From Carpediemonas membranifera BICM (Eukaryota; Protista; Fornicata), in contig JAHDYR010000011.1 in NCBI GenBank assembly GCA_019828565.1, positions 483,314-547,313 of the forward strand: a DNA stretch of 64,000 nucleotides. Direction: 5' to 3'. Below the pieces are notes generated by a model. The model did not search any database and had not been told where the DNA came from. It saw only the letters and a program-made list of their open reading frames with translations. Within the stretch, counting starts at the first letter, position 1. The number at the start of each line of letters is the position of its first letter. Made by a program: the position numbers and the translations under genes. Shown here in pieces: positions 43,416-53,569 of this stretch.

Positions 43416-44598
43416 ATGTCAAGCCCCCGCCTCAGCCTCCTGCTGCTCCTTTTCACGGCTGCACTGTGTGTCAAAACCATTGTTGTCAACGATCCTGAAG
43501 CCTACACGACCAACAGCTACGCCATCCCGAGCCCCGACCACAAGGAGGTGGCGGTCATCAGTGCTGTACACAACGACGACACAAACACTTCCACGCTCTA
43601 CTTCTACGACGTCAAGGCCAGCGATGTGGCCGACGGCGAGACCAAGACCATCACTGAGCCCGACCATACCATCACCATCCCCGCCACCGAGCGCTTTTCT
43701 GCTGTCCTAAACACGTACTACGATCGGGCCTCGAGCACGCCGCACCTCTTCGTGCGTTCGACCGTGGACAAGATCATTGCCTTGCCCTCAGCTACGACGG
43801 CACCACCCTGAACCAGGCGACTATTGCTGACCGATCCGCCGCAATGCCGATGATGTGCGACGGTGAGGTCGTCTACATCATCACCGGCCTCGAGATCCTC
43901 AAGTATAACCTCGATCTCGAGCTGCAGGCTAACGTCACCCTCGGCACAACAGGGACGAGCTACCTGAAAGTCTTGCCGTACAACAAGAACGGCATATCTG
44001 TCGTAGGCCTCGCTTTCGACGCATTATTCGAGCATCTCGTCTTGACCGCCATCAACACCGACTTCACAGCTGTGGTGTCAACCGTCGTATCAGATTTCGA
44101 AAGTGTCGAAGCCCCGCTGTACAGCACAAGACTGAGCGCCTCATTGGCTGGCGCAGGGTCGAGCGAGTTCGGCTTCATCGATTACGACCACGATACTAAC
44201 AGCTGGGTGTTTACGAAGCATGCCACGCTTAATCACCCTGAAGACACGGATGGTGGCGGCATCAGCGCCGTAGTCGATGACACACTCAACGGCGTCGTTG
44301 TCGTGACCACGAGTCTCTTTACCGGCAGAGGCGAGGATTTCAGGATCGCCACGTCAGGTTCTTGGCCGACAGCGATCTCAACCGAATCCCTGGAAGTGAG
44401 ACAGAGACAGGTCTGTACAACCCCGTTGATAGCGCTCGTGGTCAGCGGATCGATCTGGCCTTCGCAGACCTTGAGATTTTCGCTGAGATCAATGACGATG
44501 CGATGACCACCAGCTTTATGTTCAGCACTTACGATGCCGCCGTCTGGGCTCGGGTGGGTCTGCTGGCTGTGCTCCTCGCCCTCGCTGCCCTGATCTAG
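43416..44598 (+). pseudogene. Secreted or GPI-anchored surface protein interrupted by two frameshifts
   Basis: Signal peptide (RLSLLLLLFTAALC) and hydrophobic C-terminus (VGLLAVLLALAALI*). Three ORFs join into about 392 aa if a TTGCC duplication (43777-43786) is removed and 1 nt is added near 44340. Confidence 0.65.
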
Positions 44599-44925
44599 GG
44601 TAATAATCTTGTGATGACAGTTTCAGGTCGTTGACGTGTCTTGCATCGCTTGGTTTAGCCCCCAGACCTGCAGCAACCACACGGAGATACACAGCTACAC
44701 ACATTCTGTGTCTGTCCCGCCCTCGGGCTCGATCTCGGGATCCTGATCACCGCGAGCTCACTGTCAAGATCACCACGTTTTATTCCCTCACCCTTGTTAG
44801 CCACCCGAGCACCATGCTAACTGACCACATCTTCATACACCGCAAGGAAGCATGTAGGCCGGCACGTCCGACTGACTCAAGTCCACAGCCAGAGCGACAC
44901 CACTGCGTCACCGGGAGGAGACGAC

Positions 44926-44955
44926 ACATCAAACATCAAACATCAAACATCAAAC
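44926..44955 (+). repeat. Tandem repeat (ACATCAA)x4
   Basis: Perfect 7-mer repeated four times upstream of the serpin. Confidence 0.9.
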
Positions 44956-45072
44956 TCTGACTCGGGTCCACGGTCTGGGGCGGCGGTGTCAGCGGGAGGG
45001 GGGATATTAGTAGGAGCGGTCACCTGCGCCTGCTGAGGCGTTGTAGAGCAAGATTTCCAGCAAACAACACAA

Positions 45073-46137
45073 ATGAACAAACTAACATTCGAACTCGCAA
45101 AGTATGCATTCAAGGAGGATGAGAACATGGCTACAAGTGGCCTTTCTCTCTTCTATACCCTTCTCCTTGCATACACATCAGTTGAGCCTACATCTAACGT
45201 GGCCCGCGCCATTGAGGCCAAGCTGGAGCTTGATGATGGCTCACTTCAGGCATTCAGAAGGCTTCTGGACAGCATGGAGAAGAGTGAGCTTCTTTCCGCA
45301 GCTGCTGCCTTTGTGCGGGACTTTTCTTCCCTTGACAAGGAGATCGCCACAAAGCAGGACAAGTTCCTCAAGTCCGAAGCCCAGCCCCTCAAATCTGCGG
45401 CCCAAGTCAACCAATGGTGCGCGGATCACACCAATGGCCGAATCAAGACGATCCTGGACGACCTTCCTGCCAGCAGCGCCGCCGTCCTCATCTCTGCGCT
45501 GTACTTCAAGGCCAAGTGGCAGAACGCCTTTAACTCGGGCTCAACCGCCGCAAGACCGTTCACTCTTCTGAATGGCACGACCGTGGAGCTCCCGACAATG
45601 ATGCAGAAGTCGCACAAGAAGATATGGAGCACGAGGGTGTCCAGCGGCTTTGTGAACTTCTACAAGGCCCCCGCTGACGGCATCATCGCTCTTTTCAGCC
45701 TCCCCAAGCAGCCCGGCCCTGACGGCCTCCGGGCCGCCCTCGAGGAGCTTGTGCTCGACAGACCAGAGAAGACGGCAGGCCAGACCCAAACTCTGCTGTA
45801 CCTCCCCAAGTTCAAGATCGAGCAGAGCGTCGTGTGCGACCCGATGCTCAAGGCGATCGGACTCGACCCCCTCTATCGGCCATTCCAGTTTGCTGCCGTC
45901 AGCACTAAGCCTGATGTCGCGGTCGACATGACCGTCCAGAAGGTGTTCCTTGCTGTCGATGAGGAGGGCACCGAGGCTGCCGTGGTGACTGCTATGCGGC
46001 TCCGTAAGACTGCTGCCCGCATCGACCCGTTTGAGACACTCAACTTCGACAGGCCGTTCGTGTTTGCCCTTGTGGACGCTGCTACCGGCAACCGTATCCT
46101 GGTGTCCACGGTGGTCTACCCCAAGTACAAGAAGTAA
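45073..46137 (+). CDS. Serpin (intracellular, no signal peptide)
   Basis: VNQWC..HTNGRI, SALYFKAKW..F, LPKFKI, VDEEGTEAA hinge, FDRPFVF. Confidence 0.93.
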   Translation: MNKLTFELAKYAFKEDENMATSGLSLFYTLLLAYTSVEPTSNVARAIEAKLELDDGSLQAFRRLLDSMEKSELLSAAAAFVRDFSSLDKEIATKQDKFLKSEAQPLKSAAQVNQWCADHTNGRIKTILDDLPASSAAVLISALYFKAKWQNAFNSGSTAARPFTLLNGTTVELPTMMQKSHKKIWSTRVSSGFVNFYKAPADGIIALFSLPKQPGPDGLRAALEELVLDRPEKTAGQTQTLLYLPKFKIEQSVVCDPMLKAIGLDPLYRPFQFAAVSTKPDVAVDMTVQKVFLAVDEEGTEAAVVTAMRLRKTAARIDPFETLNFDRPFVFALVDAATGNRILVSTVVYPKYKK

Positions 46138-46196
46138 ACGCAGGATTGACTTTATGAGAAGAACCATTCCATTCACAGCAAGCGTCATGCCATTGT

Positions 46197-47123
46197 TCAC
46201 AGCCTGTCTCCTGCTCTCCAGGTTTCGAACCTGCGGCCCTCCTCTCTCTCAATAGCCACGCCGCCCATACTACCTGACCCACCGTAATCTGCGGCCGTAA
46301 ACACCGTTGTCGCCAGCCCCCAGTGATCCACGGGGCCGTCGAGGGAGATGCACTGGTGTCCCCGAAGCATATGGCTGAGCCCGTTGGCCTGGAGGAAGTC
46401 TGCGAGGAAGGCCTTGCCGAAGAGGATCCCGGCACCACGAGGGGAGTTGAAAGCAGCCGAGACGTTGTTGGCGGCAAGGATCTCCTCCTGCATGGGCGTT
46501 GCTGGGTCAGACCAGAGCATGGACACCGCCTCCTTGTTGCTGTCATCAGTCATGGTAGTCTTGGTAGCTCTGGCGAGGTCGTCCAGCCCCCATTGCAGAG
46601 GAGGGCCTCCGTGTACGCAGAAGGTGGACTTGTTCACCACAGCACACGCGGGTAGCTCGTTTGCGACGTCTCTGAACATCTGCAGGAGGTCCTGTGAGTG
46701 TGGCCCGAAGAGCTTGGCCACCTCGGAGACGAGACACGCCTTGTTCGAATATGGGTAGATAGGGCGCTCGTGGTTGCCAGCCAAGGCCACAACCTTGCCG
46801 GGGTTGTGCATGGCGAGGGCCAGTGGGCCAAGGAAGGTCCGCAGTGAGTCAGGGCCCCGGTCGACGTAGTCGCCGAGGAAGACGATGGGCTTGATTGCCT
46901 CGGGGGAATCGAAACTGGCCATGGCCCCAGTCTTCAGTATGGCGGTCTTGGTGTCCTGGAATTGCCCGTGAGTGTCCCCGAGCACCGACACTTCGCCCGA
47001 GATCTCCATGAGCACCGGCTGTGAATGGAAGAAGGCACGCGCCTCGGTCAGGAACGTCATGAGCACACCTGATGTGATCTGACTTGTCGGTGAGACTATA
47101 TCTGCGAAACTGAGTATTCCCAT
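46197..47123 (-). CDS. PPP-family Ser/Thr protein phosphatase (divergent)
   Basis: GDTHGQ, GDYVDRG, GNHE, HGG, LWSDP, RGHQ, TVFTAADY. Confidence 0.92.
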   Translation of the reverse strand: MGILSFADIVSPTSQITSGVLMTFLTEARAFFHSQPVLMEISGEVSVLGDTHGQFQDTKTAILKTGAMASFDSPEAIKPIVFLGDYVDRGPDSLRTFLGPLALAMHNPGKVVALAGNHERPIYPYSNKACLVSEVAKLFGPHSQDLLQMFRDVANELPACAVVNKSTFCVHGGPPLQWGLDDLARATKTTMTDDSNKEAVSMLWSDPATPMQEEILAANNVSAAFNSPRGAGILFGKAFLADFLQANGLSHMLRGHQCISLDGPVDHWGLATTVFTAADYGGSGSMGGVAIEREEGRRFETWRAGDRL

Positions 47124-47216
47124 CACCGTCGCCGAACAACAAAGTCAAGCTCCTAAAACGCGAACAGTTTAACCTGGGCGCCAAGCCTGAGTATGCGCCC
47201 TGATAGTGTACAGTCC

Positions 47217-48791
47217 TCACAGCGTGGGGTACGGCAGCGTGCGGCTATCGACCATGGGGTTCATGAGCAGCTTCATGTTCTTATCATGGTCAAAGTCCAC
47301 TTCAAACACATCAGGACGAAGGAATGGGTGCTCCCACGCGTCAAACGTCATCGTGGCCTCCCTGAACTTCGTCCGGACCACAGCCACGAAGCTGGTGACG
47401 GCGGCCTGGAGGACGGAGACGGGCTTCACAGCCCCCACACGCCTGAGGTCGATCTCCATCTGCAAGTAAGCATTGGATTCAAGGAAACGCCGGAATATGT
47501 CCCCAGATACTATCTCCCAGGCCTCCCTCTCCGCCTGGACGAAGAGCTCCCGGCATGGAGTACCCCTCACCGCCGCCCCGATGGCTGTGACTGTTTCGGG
47601 CTTCAGCTTGACCTGGATATCTGCCACATCGGCCACGAACTTGAGGTAAACCCTGCTCGCCATCTCCCGCCTGGCCTCGAGCAGATGTGCGTCCGGAACC
47701 CCGTCCTCGTCTCCGTCGTCAAACATGAGCCGGAAGCGGGCGGTCTCCAGTAAGAAGTCGAAGAATTCGGCAGTGTACCTCGTTTTCATAAATGTCCGTA
47801 AATACTCTCTCGACCTTGGGCTGGAGGCGACGGCTGCAGGGGTGGCTCGACGGACCCGGCCCCGGACAAGCACGAACGAAACAGGGGCCACAGCGTATAG
47901 GGGCAGCCATATGAACGTCACAGACAGGAGGTCCAGGACGCTGAGTGTGATGCCTGCCCATTGGTGGTGGGACGACGCCAGGCCCAGGGCTAGTCGGGGG
48001 AGGTAGAGGAGACGATCCAGGACCAGGCAGAGTGTCACGATGGCGTGGGGAAGGCTTGGGGTCGACCTGACTCGAACCTTGGGCAGGAAGGCGAAGCACT
48101 GGGCGACGATTGCCAGGACGAGGAAGAGGAGGGTTGGGGGGTGCAGCGCCATAAGCTCGACCAGCGTGGTCGAGTGCTTGCCGAGGATAGGGTCGTCTGG
48201 GTACGCTATGAGGATCTGCGCGACGTTGGCAAGCGCGATGGCTGCCACGAAGATACCGACGATGGTGACGACCAGAAGGATTACGGTAAACACGGCACGC
48301 TGGGCACGCATGCGGGTAAAGGGCTTGACTATGTAGCAGCAGACGCAGTAGAGCATGAGGGCGGCGTATAGGGCGTACGCCATCCCCATGTCGATTCCGG
48401 TCTGAAGGAAGCGCCAAAAGTCGGTCATGAGTTCACTTCCGTCTGTGAAGTGGATGTAGGCCTTGAATATGAGATTCACAATGCGGACACAGTTGATGGC
48501 ATAGAGTGATGCGAAGATAATGACTGACGTAGAGCCTCGGATGGACAGCGAGGCGCTAGCAGCGATGAGGAAGACAAATGGGGCCACGAGAACAGCAATT
48601 AGTACCGAAACAAGGCCTGCATGGCATTCTGACCCGATTTTGAGCACGGTGGGGATATCCACCATGGTCGTGATGATGAGCAGAATAGGGCCTGCGAATC
48701 TGAGAGGATGAATGCCGTGTATCAGTGCCAATAGCCGCCCCACTACACTGCCATGCACCCCGGTCACCATGTCCATCACCCATGCCACCAT
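47217..48791 (-). CDS. 7-transmembrane protein fused to a C-terminal RGS domain (start may be the downstream MVDIPT ATG)
   Basis: Seven hydrophobic segments, then RGS-like REYLRTFMKTRYTAEFFDFL...ASRVYLKFV...LFVQAEREAWEIVSGDIFRRFLES. Confidence 0.78.
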   Translation of the reverse strand: MVAWVMDMVTGVHGSVVGRLLALIHGIHPLRFAGPILLIITTMVDIPTVLKIGSECHAGLVSVLIAVLVAPFVFLIAASASLSIRGSTSVIIFASLYAINCVRIVNLIFKAYIHFTDGSELMTDFWRFLQTGIDMGMAYALYAALMLYCVCCYIVKPFTRMRAQRAVFTVILLVVTIVGIFVAAIALANVAQILIAYPDDPILGKHSTTLVELMALHPPTLLFLVLAIVAQCFAFLPKVRVRSTPSLPHAIVTLCLVLDRLLYLPRLALGLASSHHQWAGITLSVLDLLSVTFIWLPLYAVAPVSFVLVRGRVRRATPAAVASSPRSREYLRTFMKTRYTAEFFDFLLETARFRLMFDDGDEDGVPDAHLLEARREMASRVYLKFVADVADIQVKLKPETVTAIGAAVRGTPCRELFVQAEREAWEIVSGDIFRRFLESNAYLQMEIDLRRVGAVKPVSVLQAAVTSFVAVVRTKFREATMTFDAWEHPFLRPDVFEVDFDHDKNMKLLMNPMVDSRTLPYPTL

Positions 48792-48826
48792 TCCATGAGA
48801 ACTTACCGGTTAAGCGGCTGATGATA

Positions 48827-49720
48827 CTACATAGGCACTTTCCTGCGCGCACGGCGGTGGCAATGGGTTGTCTTAGACTTGGTCCCGTTCTTCTTGGGCT
48901 TCGCCTTGGTCTGGTGCGGCGACTTCTTCCTCCCAGCCCCTGCCGCCTTCCCAGTTTCAGCAACCTTGGTACTCTTCCGCACATGTGCTGATGCGGGTCT
49001 CTTCCCTGTCTTCCCTGTCTTCGGTATGGACGGCCGGCTGGGTCGGGTCGGCGTCCGCCGCACACCCGACTCAGAGTCCCACTCAAAGGTCCGAACACGC
49101 CGGGCTGACGTCTGCACAACCAGGGGAGACTCCTCAGCTGATGAGGGGGACGGTGTGCTCGGTCTGTGTGGTGTGAGACTCCCCCCAGGCACCGGTGAGG
49201 CACGTTCGGACCCGTACGGCGGCGTGCCGTCGAACACGGGCGTTCCCGGTCTGCTCGAGAGCGGGGTAAGCTGCACAGCAATGCCAGGTAGCGCTACGGG
49301 GGAGAGGGTCACGGCCTCCAGCATGTCGGCGAGCTGGGCCGGCTGCGGGCCTCGAGGGGGAGTCCGCGGCCTCTGTGGCGTCTGGGGGGCTGCACTGCTG
49401 GGCGGTATGCTAGGGGAGGTCTTGGGGACGAACGGGACACGCTCATGCCGGAGTCTGCTGCAGGTGACGGGTTTGTATGACTGGCGCACGCGTCCTGTCA
49501 GATGCTGGCGGCTCCCGTGCAAGCTGAACTCATTCAATGGCCTAGAATGCGCTGATAGTGGCCTATTGTGATGCGTGAACGAAAATGAGGACGGGATGGA
49601 GGGCAAACTGGTGGGCTTTGGCGAGTCCTTCGCGAGCCTGAAGTTTGCTTCATTGTACGACGCCGATCTTTGTAGTGACTTAACAACTGGACTATATAGC
49701 CCAGCATATGACGAGAGCAT
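48827..49720 (-). CDS. Hypothetical low-complexity P/S/K-rich protein
   Basis: About 297-aa ORF from the first ATG; no motif recognised. Confidence 0.5.
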   Translation of the reverse strand: MLSSYAGLYSPVVKSLQRSASYNEANFRLAKDSPKPTSLPSIPSSFSFTHHNRPLSAHSRPLNEFSLHGSRQHLTGRVRQSYKPVTCSRLRHERVPFVPKTSPSIPPSSAAPQTPQRPRTPPRGPQPAQLADMLEAVTLSPVALPGIAVQLTPLSSRPGTPVFDGTPPYGSERASPVPGGSLTPHRPSTPSPSSAEESPLVVQTSARRVRTFEWDSESGVRRTPTRPSRPSIPKTGKTGKRPASAHVRKSTKVAETGKAAGAGRKKSPHQTKAKPKKNGTKSKTTHCHRRARRKVPM

Positions 49721-50083
49721 GCTTGTGGCGTCACCTCGCCGTGTCGCTTTGGAAGATCGAACGAGATGGATGCGATCCAGCACAAATCTCACGGATCCGA
49801 TGCAATCCCAGGCTATTTCCAGCCAACAGTAGGGAAGGATCCGGGGTTGAGACAGCAATAACTGGCGGGCAGACCTTGTCCTCGGACTGGTGGAGTCAGA
49901 CGAGTCACAGCCAGACTAGAGTGAACTGGGCGAAAGACCGCACCGACCTTTTAACTCATTGAGTGGAAGGGCTCCAGGATGACACTTATGGGCCTGAAGA
50001 ACTGCTGGCAGACCCGAGGAATGGGCTAGTCGGCTTGACACCATCCTTGAAAGTCTATCTCACGCAGTGTTGCGCATTAAAGA

Positions 50084-50109
50084 ACACATTGTTCGACCCT
50101 TCAATTGCA
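50084..50109 (+). repeat. Dispersed 26-bp motif, copy C
   Basis: ACACATTGTTCGACCCTTCAATTGCA; 25/26 identical to copy B, and shares upstream TGTTGCGCA with copy A. Confidence 0.85.
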
Positions 50110-50469
50110 CAACCGGAGGTGTGATAAAACGTTACCTGTATGTCATCACGCAAGTTAACCACCCGACCAACAGGCAACCTGCCACATTTGAACACAATAA
50201 CAAACGTAGCACGTATGCCGACACGGCAGACACACACTCAGGTCCAAAGCCTGTACGACACGGCCGTGTCCCTGGGGGGAGGTTAGAAGGTGCGGTCACC
50301 CCGGCAGAGGCATTCTAGACCCGGCAGTAGCCCTCAGCAAGGGCGACGGCAATGTCAAACTTGAGCCGGTGGATGTGCCAGCGACTCGGGGACTGCGGGT
50401 CGTAGCTTGACGTGGAGCCCGCCCAAGGTGCGTTAACCTGCGATTTTTTGGAGGAATTTCCGACCACCC

Positions 50470-51942
50470 ATGGCTTCAGTTAGGGAGCACATGAAGTGTT
50501 CAACGCTGGAAAACCCGGTATATAACGAACTAGATAGCACGATTAGCGATTTAGAGGAGCCAGCTTCTATTGCAAGCTCCAATCCCAGAAGACTGCCCGC
50601 TGTTGACCTCAGAACGGAGTATTCCGAGTTCTCAGAGGATTCAAAGACGTTTAAGCCAAATAAGTCTCTATTCATCCAGTCCGCATTACTGGAACACCGT
50701 CACATCGACCGGGACAGCGTCGAGGCAGACCAGCTCGACAGCTCTCCGCTCATCAGTCCCCAAGACGAGCCCATCGGCCGCGGTGGTATCCTTAATCCGC
50801 ATGCCGGGTTCGTCCAGTCGTCAGTGATACAGAGCTTATTCGCCCACAAGCGCCAACCGACGCCCGCACCCAAGGCGAGGACGACCTCTCGCCTCCCCGC
50901 CTCATCCACTCCATCGAAGCGTGCAGCCCCTAGTCCTGCGCGAAGGGCTGAGAAGGAGCGCCCTGCGCCCGTGGACCCCCAGCCGAGTCCCGAGACCATC
51001 AGACGCGAGCTGGCGAGAGACAGGCAGCTTGTCGAGGATAAGAGGAGCAGAGCACGGCTGGAGGAGACAGTGAAGGAGCTGAAGGAGGACAACGATCGTC
51101 TGCGGGCAATGATCACGTACGGCGAAATTCAGCGGGTCGACCTCGACAATGAACAGGAGAAGTACGTCTTCAGCGACGAAGACGTGGAGGTACAGCCCGC
51201 ACCGGATGCACGGAGCAGGGATCTGGCGATAGAGATCGACAGGCTGAAAGCGAGGCTCAAAGCCAGTGCGGCAGACTACAAGAGGGCGTCCAGGCGAGCC
51301 GATGAGGCAGAGGCGGAGGGCACCACCATGCGTCGAAAGCTCTGCATCATTCAGAAGCAAGTGGCCACCGCGACAACCCGCCACCGCCAGGAAATGGGCG
51401 CGGCTGCCAAGAAACTCCGCGAACTTAAGGCCCTAGTAACCACGTCTGAGTCGGCGTTGGACGAATCGCGAGCCTATGTCGTCCGGCTGGAGAAGAAGCT
51501 GATTGAGCAGCAGCAGTGTGTCATCGCTCTCCAGGCCCGTATCAGGGAGCAGCAGCCCGTCCTTGGGGGCGAGTCACCCGCCCCGCGGCCGAGGAGGTCG
51601 CCTGTAAGAAGGGCGCCGTCTTCAACTCGTCCAAGGACACTTACAACGGCCACGGCACACGACAAGAGCCCGCAGCGGCTGTCGGCCAGCAGTTACTCGA
51701 ACAGAGGCTACAGCCGTGCGAGTCAGAGGCTGCAGGATAGTGCAATCTCCGCCTTCGACTCGCCACAGTCGATTCATCCCCATGCGCCGATCGAGCGGCA
51801 CAAGCTGTCTGCCCCGTCCGAGGGCGAACAAGGCAGTGTGTTGGACTCTGAGCCCGAGAGCGTGCTGGAGGACGGCGGGGCTGGACCCGACTTCGTCTCG
51901 TCCGAGATCCAGGGCCTGCTCGACCGACACTCGCTTGTGTAA
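50470..51942 (+). CDS. Hypothetical coiled-coil protein
   Basis: 490-aa ORF with a central heptad-rich region and disordered ends. Confidence 0.65.
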   Translation: MASVREHMKCSTLENPVYNELDSTISDLEEPASIASSNPRRLPAVDLRTEYSEFSEDSKTFKPNKSLFIQSALLEHRHIDRDSVEADQLDSSPLISPQDEPIGRGGILNPHAGFVQSSVIQSLFAHKRQPTPAPKARTTSRLPASSTPSKRAAPSPARRAEKERPAPVDPQPSPETIRRELARDRQLVEDKRSRARLEETVKELKEDNDRLRAMITYGEIQRVDLDNEQEKYVFSDEDVEVQPAPDARSRDLAIEIDRLKARLKASAADYKRASRRADEAEAEGTTMRRKLCIIQKQVATATTRHRQEMGAAAKKLRELKALVTTSESALDESRAYVVRLEKKLIEQQQCVIALQARIREQQPVLGGESPAPRPRRSPVRRAPSSTRPRTLTTATAHDKSPQRLSASSYSNRGYSRASQRLQDSAISAFDSPQSIHPHAPIERHKLSAPSEGEQGSVLDSEPESVLEDGGAGPDFVSSEIQGLLDRHSLV

Positions 51943-52040
51943 GGCCTGGAGATCTGTAGGACCGGGACATGGTTTGGACCCTGCCTGTAGCATAGATAAA
52001 TAAACCTCGCTCGTCATGTACATTTATTTAGAGCAAGAGT

Positions 52041-53471
52041 CTAGTACCATTGCGACCTGGGCCTTGGTCTGAAGCCCTCAGGCTTCTGCCGCGTCGCCCG
52101 CTCCTGGGCGAGGTCGGACTGTGCCTGCGCCATCCGAGCGCGCGCCTCATCGACGATCGCCTGCTGCTTAGCCAGCAACGCGTTCCTCTCACGCTCGTAT
52201 GCGTCAGCCTCCTCCTGCTCGCGGCGTCTAGCAGCCTCAACGGTCGCCTGCCTGTCCATGATCTGGCCGGTGAGGTCGCGCTTGGACTTCTCCTGGGCCT
52301 CCTTGCGCTTGTCCACCTCGGCCTTCATCTCGGTCTCGTATTCCGCAAGCTCGGCCTCAACCTCCTCAAGCTCCTTCTGCTGGTCGGCCTTGTGCTGCTG
52401 GATGGCGTCTCTCTCGGCCTGCATCATTTGCTTCCAGTGTGCTACTGCCTCCTCCATAAGCTTCTGCCGGGCCTCGGCCTCGCGGTCCCATACGGCCTGC
52501 TGCTTCGCCTGGTTCTTGTCCTGCTCCGCAGCGATCAGGGCGTCGAGCTCGCTCTCGTCCTCGAGGTCGCGCTGCAGCTGTTGCATGAGGTGTTCTCTGT
52601 ACTGTCGGCCCTGGGCATGGGCAGCGGAGAGCTTCGCCTTGGCCTCCTCGTCCTCGAGAGCTTCCCGCGCGAGCACGCTCTTGACGAACTCGATGTCGTC
52701 CTGCAGTTCTTTCTTCGCCTCCTGCTTGCGCTGCTCGCGCCAATGCTGGTTGTAGCGGCTCGTATCTCTGGCAATCACGCGCTGCTTGAGCATCTCCCTG
52801 CGGCGGGCGAGGGCGTCTTCGGCCTTCTCGAGCTCCCATATGCGGCCCAGTGCCTTGTCTTCCTCCTGCTTCAAGACGCGCGCCTGCTCCTTCGCATCCT
52901 CGATTTCCGCCAGCTGGATGTCGAGAGCAGCCTTCGTCTCCTTGACGAGCTGCTTCTGGGCCTCCTTGTCGCGGATGTCCCGCTGACGTTCCCTTTCCAA
53001 GTCCTTGTGCAGCAGGGCGTCGTAAAGCTTGTCGAACTCGTGGGACTCGATCTCATCCCGCTCCTTCTCTGCCTCCTGCCGTTGGTGGTCCAATGCGATC
53101 TGGTAGGCAAGGACTCGGGACTCGGCGGCGCGGACCTCGTCGCAGCTGTCGTGCCAGCGACGCTCAAGCTGTTCCTCGGCGTATTCGGCGTCAAGAGCAG
53201 CACGCTGGGCACGAATCTGCTCGGCACGAGCCTTAAGCTGTTCGAAACGCTTGTCGGGCGTCATTCTGCGCCTCTCGAGCTCTTCCTTGTATTCACGGTG
53301 CTCTTCATTGTACATTGCCGCGAGCTGAAGCCTAGCACGCTCAATCTCATCCTGAGAACGCGAGAATTGCCCGTTTCGTTGGCCTGTGGGCGTGTACGGA
53401 CACATGTTGGCGAAAATTTGCTTGACTGGTGTTAAGCTGCGGCCGACGGAATTGAGGCTCAAATTCGGCAT
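52041..53471 (-). CDS. CFAP53: Trichoplein/TPH-domain axonemal coiled-coil protein, CFAP53-like
   Basis: EYKEEL...TPDKRFEQLKARA...LERRWHDSCDEVRAAES, WDREAEARQKLM; E/R/Q/K-rich. Start uncertain. Confidence 0.7.
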   Translation of the reverse strand: MPNLSLNSVGRSLTPVKQIFANMCPYTPTGQRNGQFSRSQDEIERARLQLAAMYNEEHREYKEELERRRMTPDKRFEQLKARAEQIRAQRAALDAEYAEEQLERRWHDSCDEVRAAESRVLAYQIALDHQRQEAEKERDEIESHEFDKLYDALLHKDLERERQRDIRDKEAQKQLVKETKAALDIQLAEIEDAKEQARVLKQEEDKALGRIWELEKAEDALARRREMLKQRVIARDTSRYNQHWREQRKQEAKKELQDDIEFVKSVLAREALEDEEAKAKLSAAHAQGRQYREHLMQQLQRDLEDESELDALIAAEQDKNQAKQQAVWDREAEARQKLMEEAVAHWKQMMQAERDAIQQHKADQQKELEEVEAELAEYETEMKAEVDKRKEAQEKSKRDLTGQIMDRQATVEAARRREQEEADAYERERNALLAKQQAIVDEARARMAQAQSDLAQERATRQKPEGFRPRPRSQWY

Positions 53472-53569
53472 TTGGCCGTTCAAATGTTCATCCCCAGACA
53501 CAGCTCGGATGGACCCTGCCGCAGTTATTGATATGCTCCCCTCTATAGTTGGAAAAGAAGCAGGACCGG

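Noticed and set aside
43809-43811. TGA at the end of ORF 43404-43811 read as selenocysteine or readthrough
   Set aside because: The downstream coding sequence is in another frame; the 5-bp duplication explains the stop.
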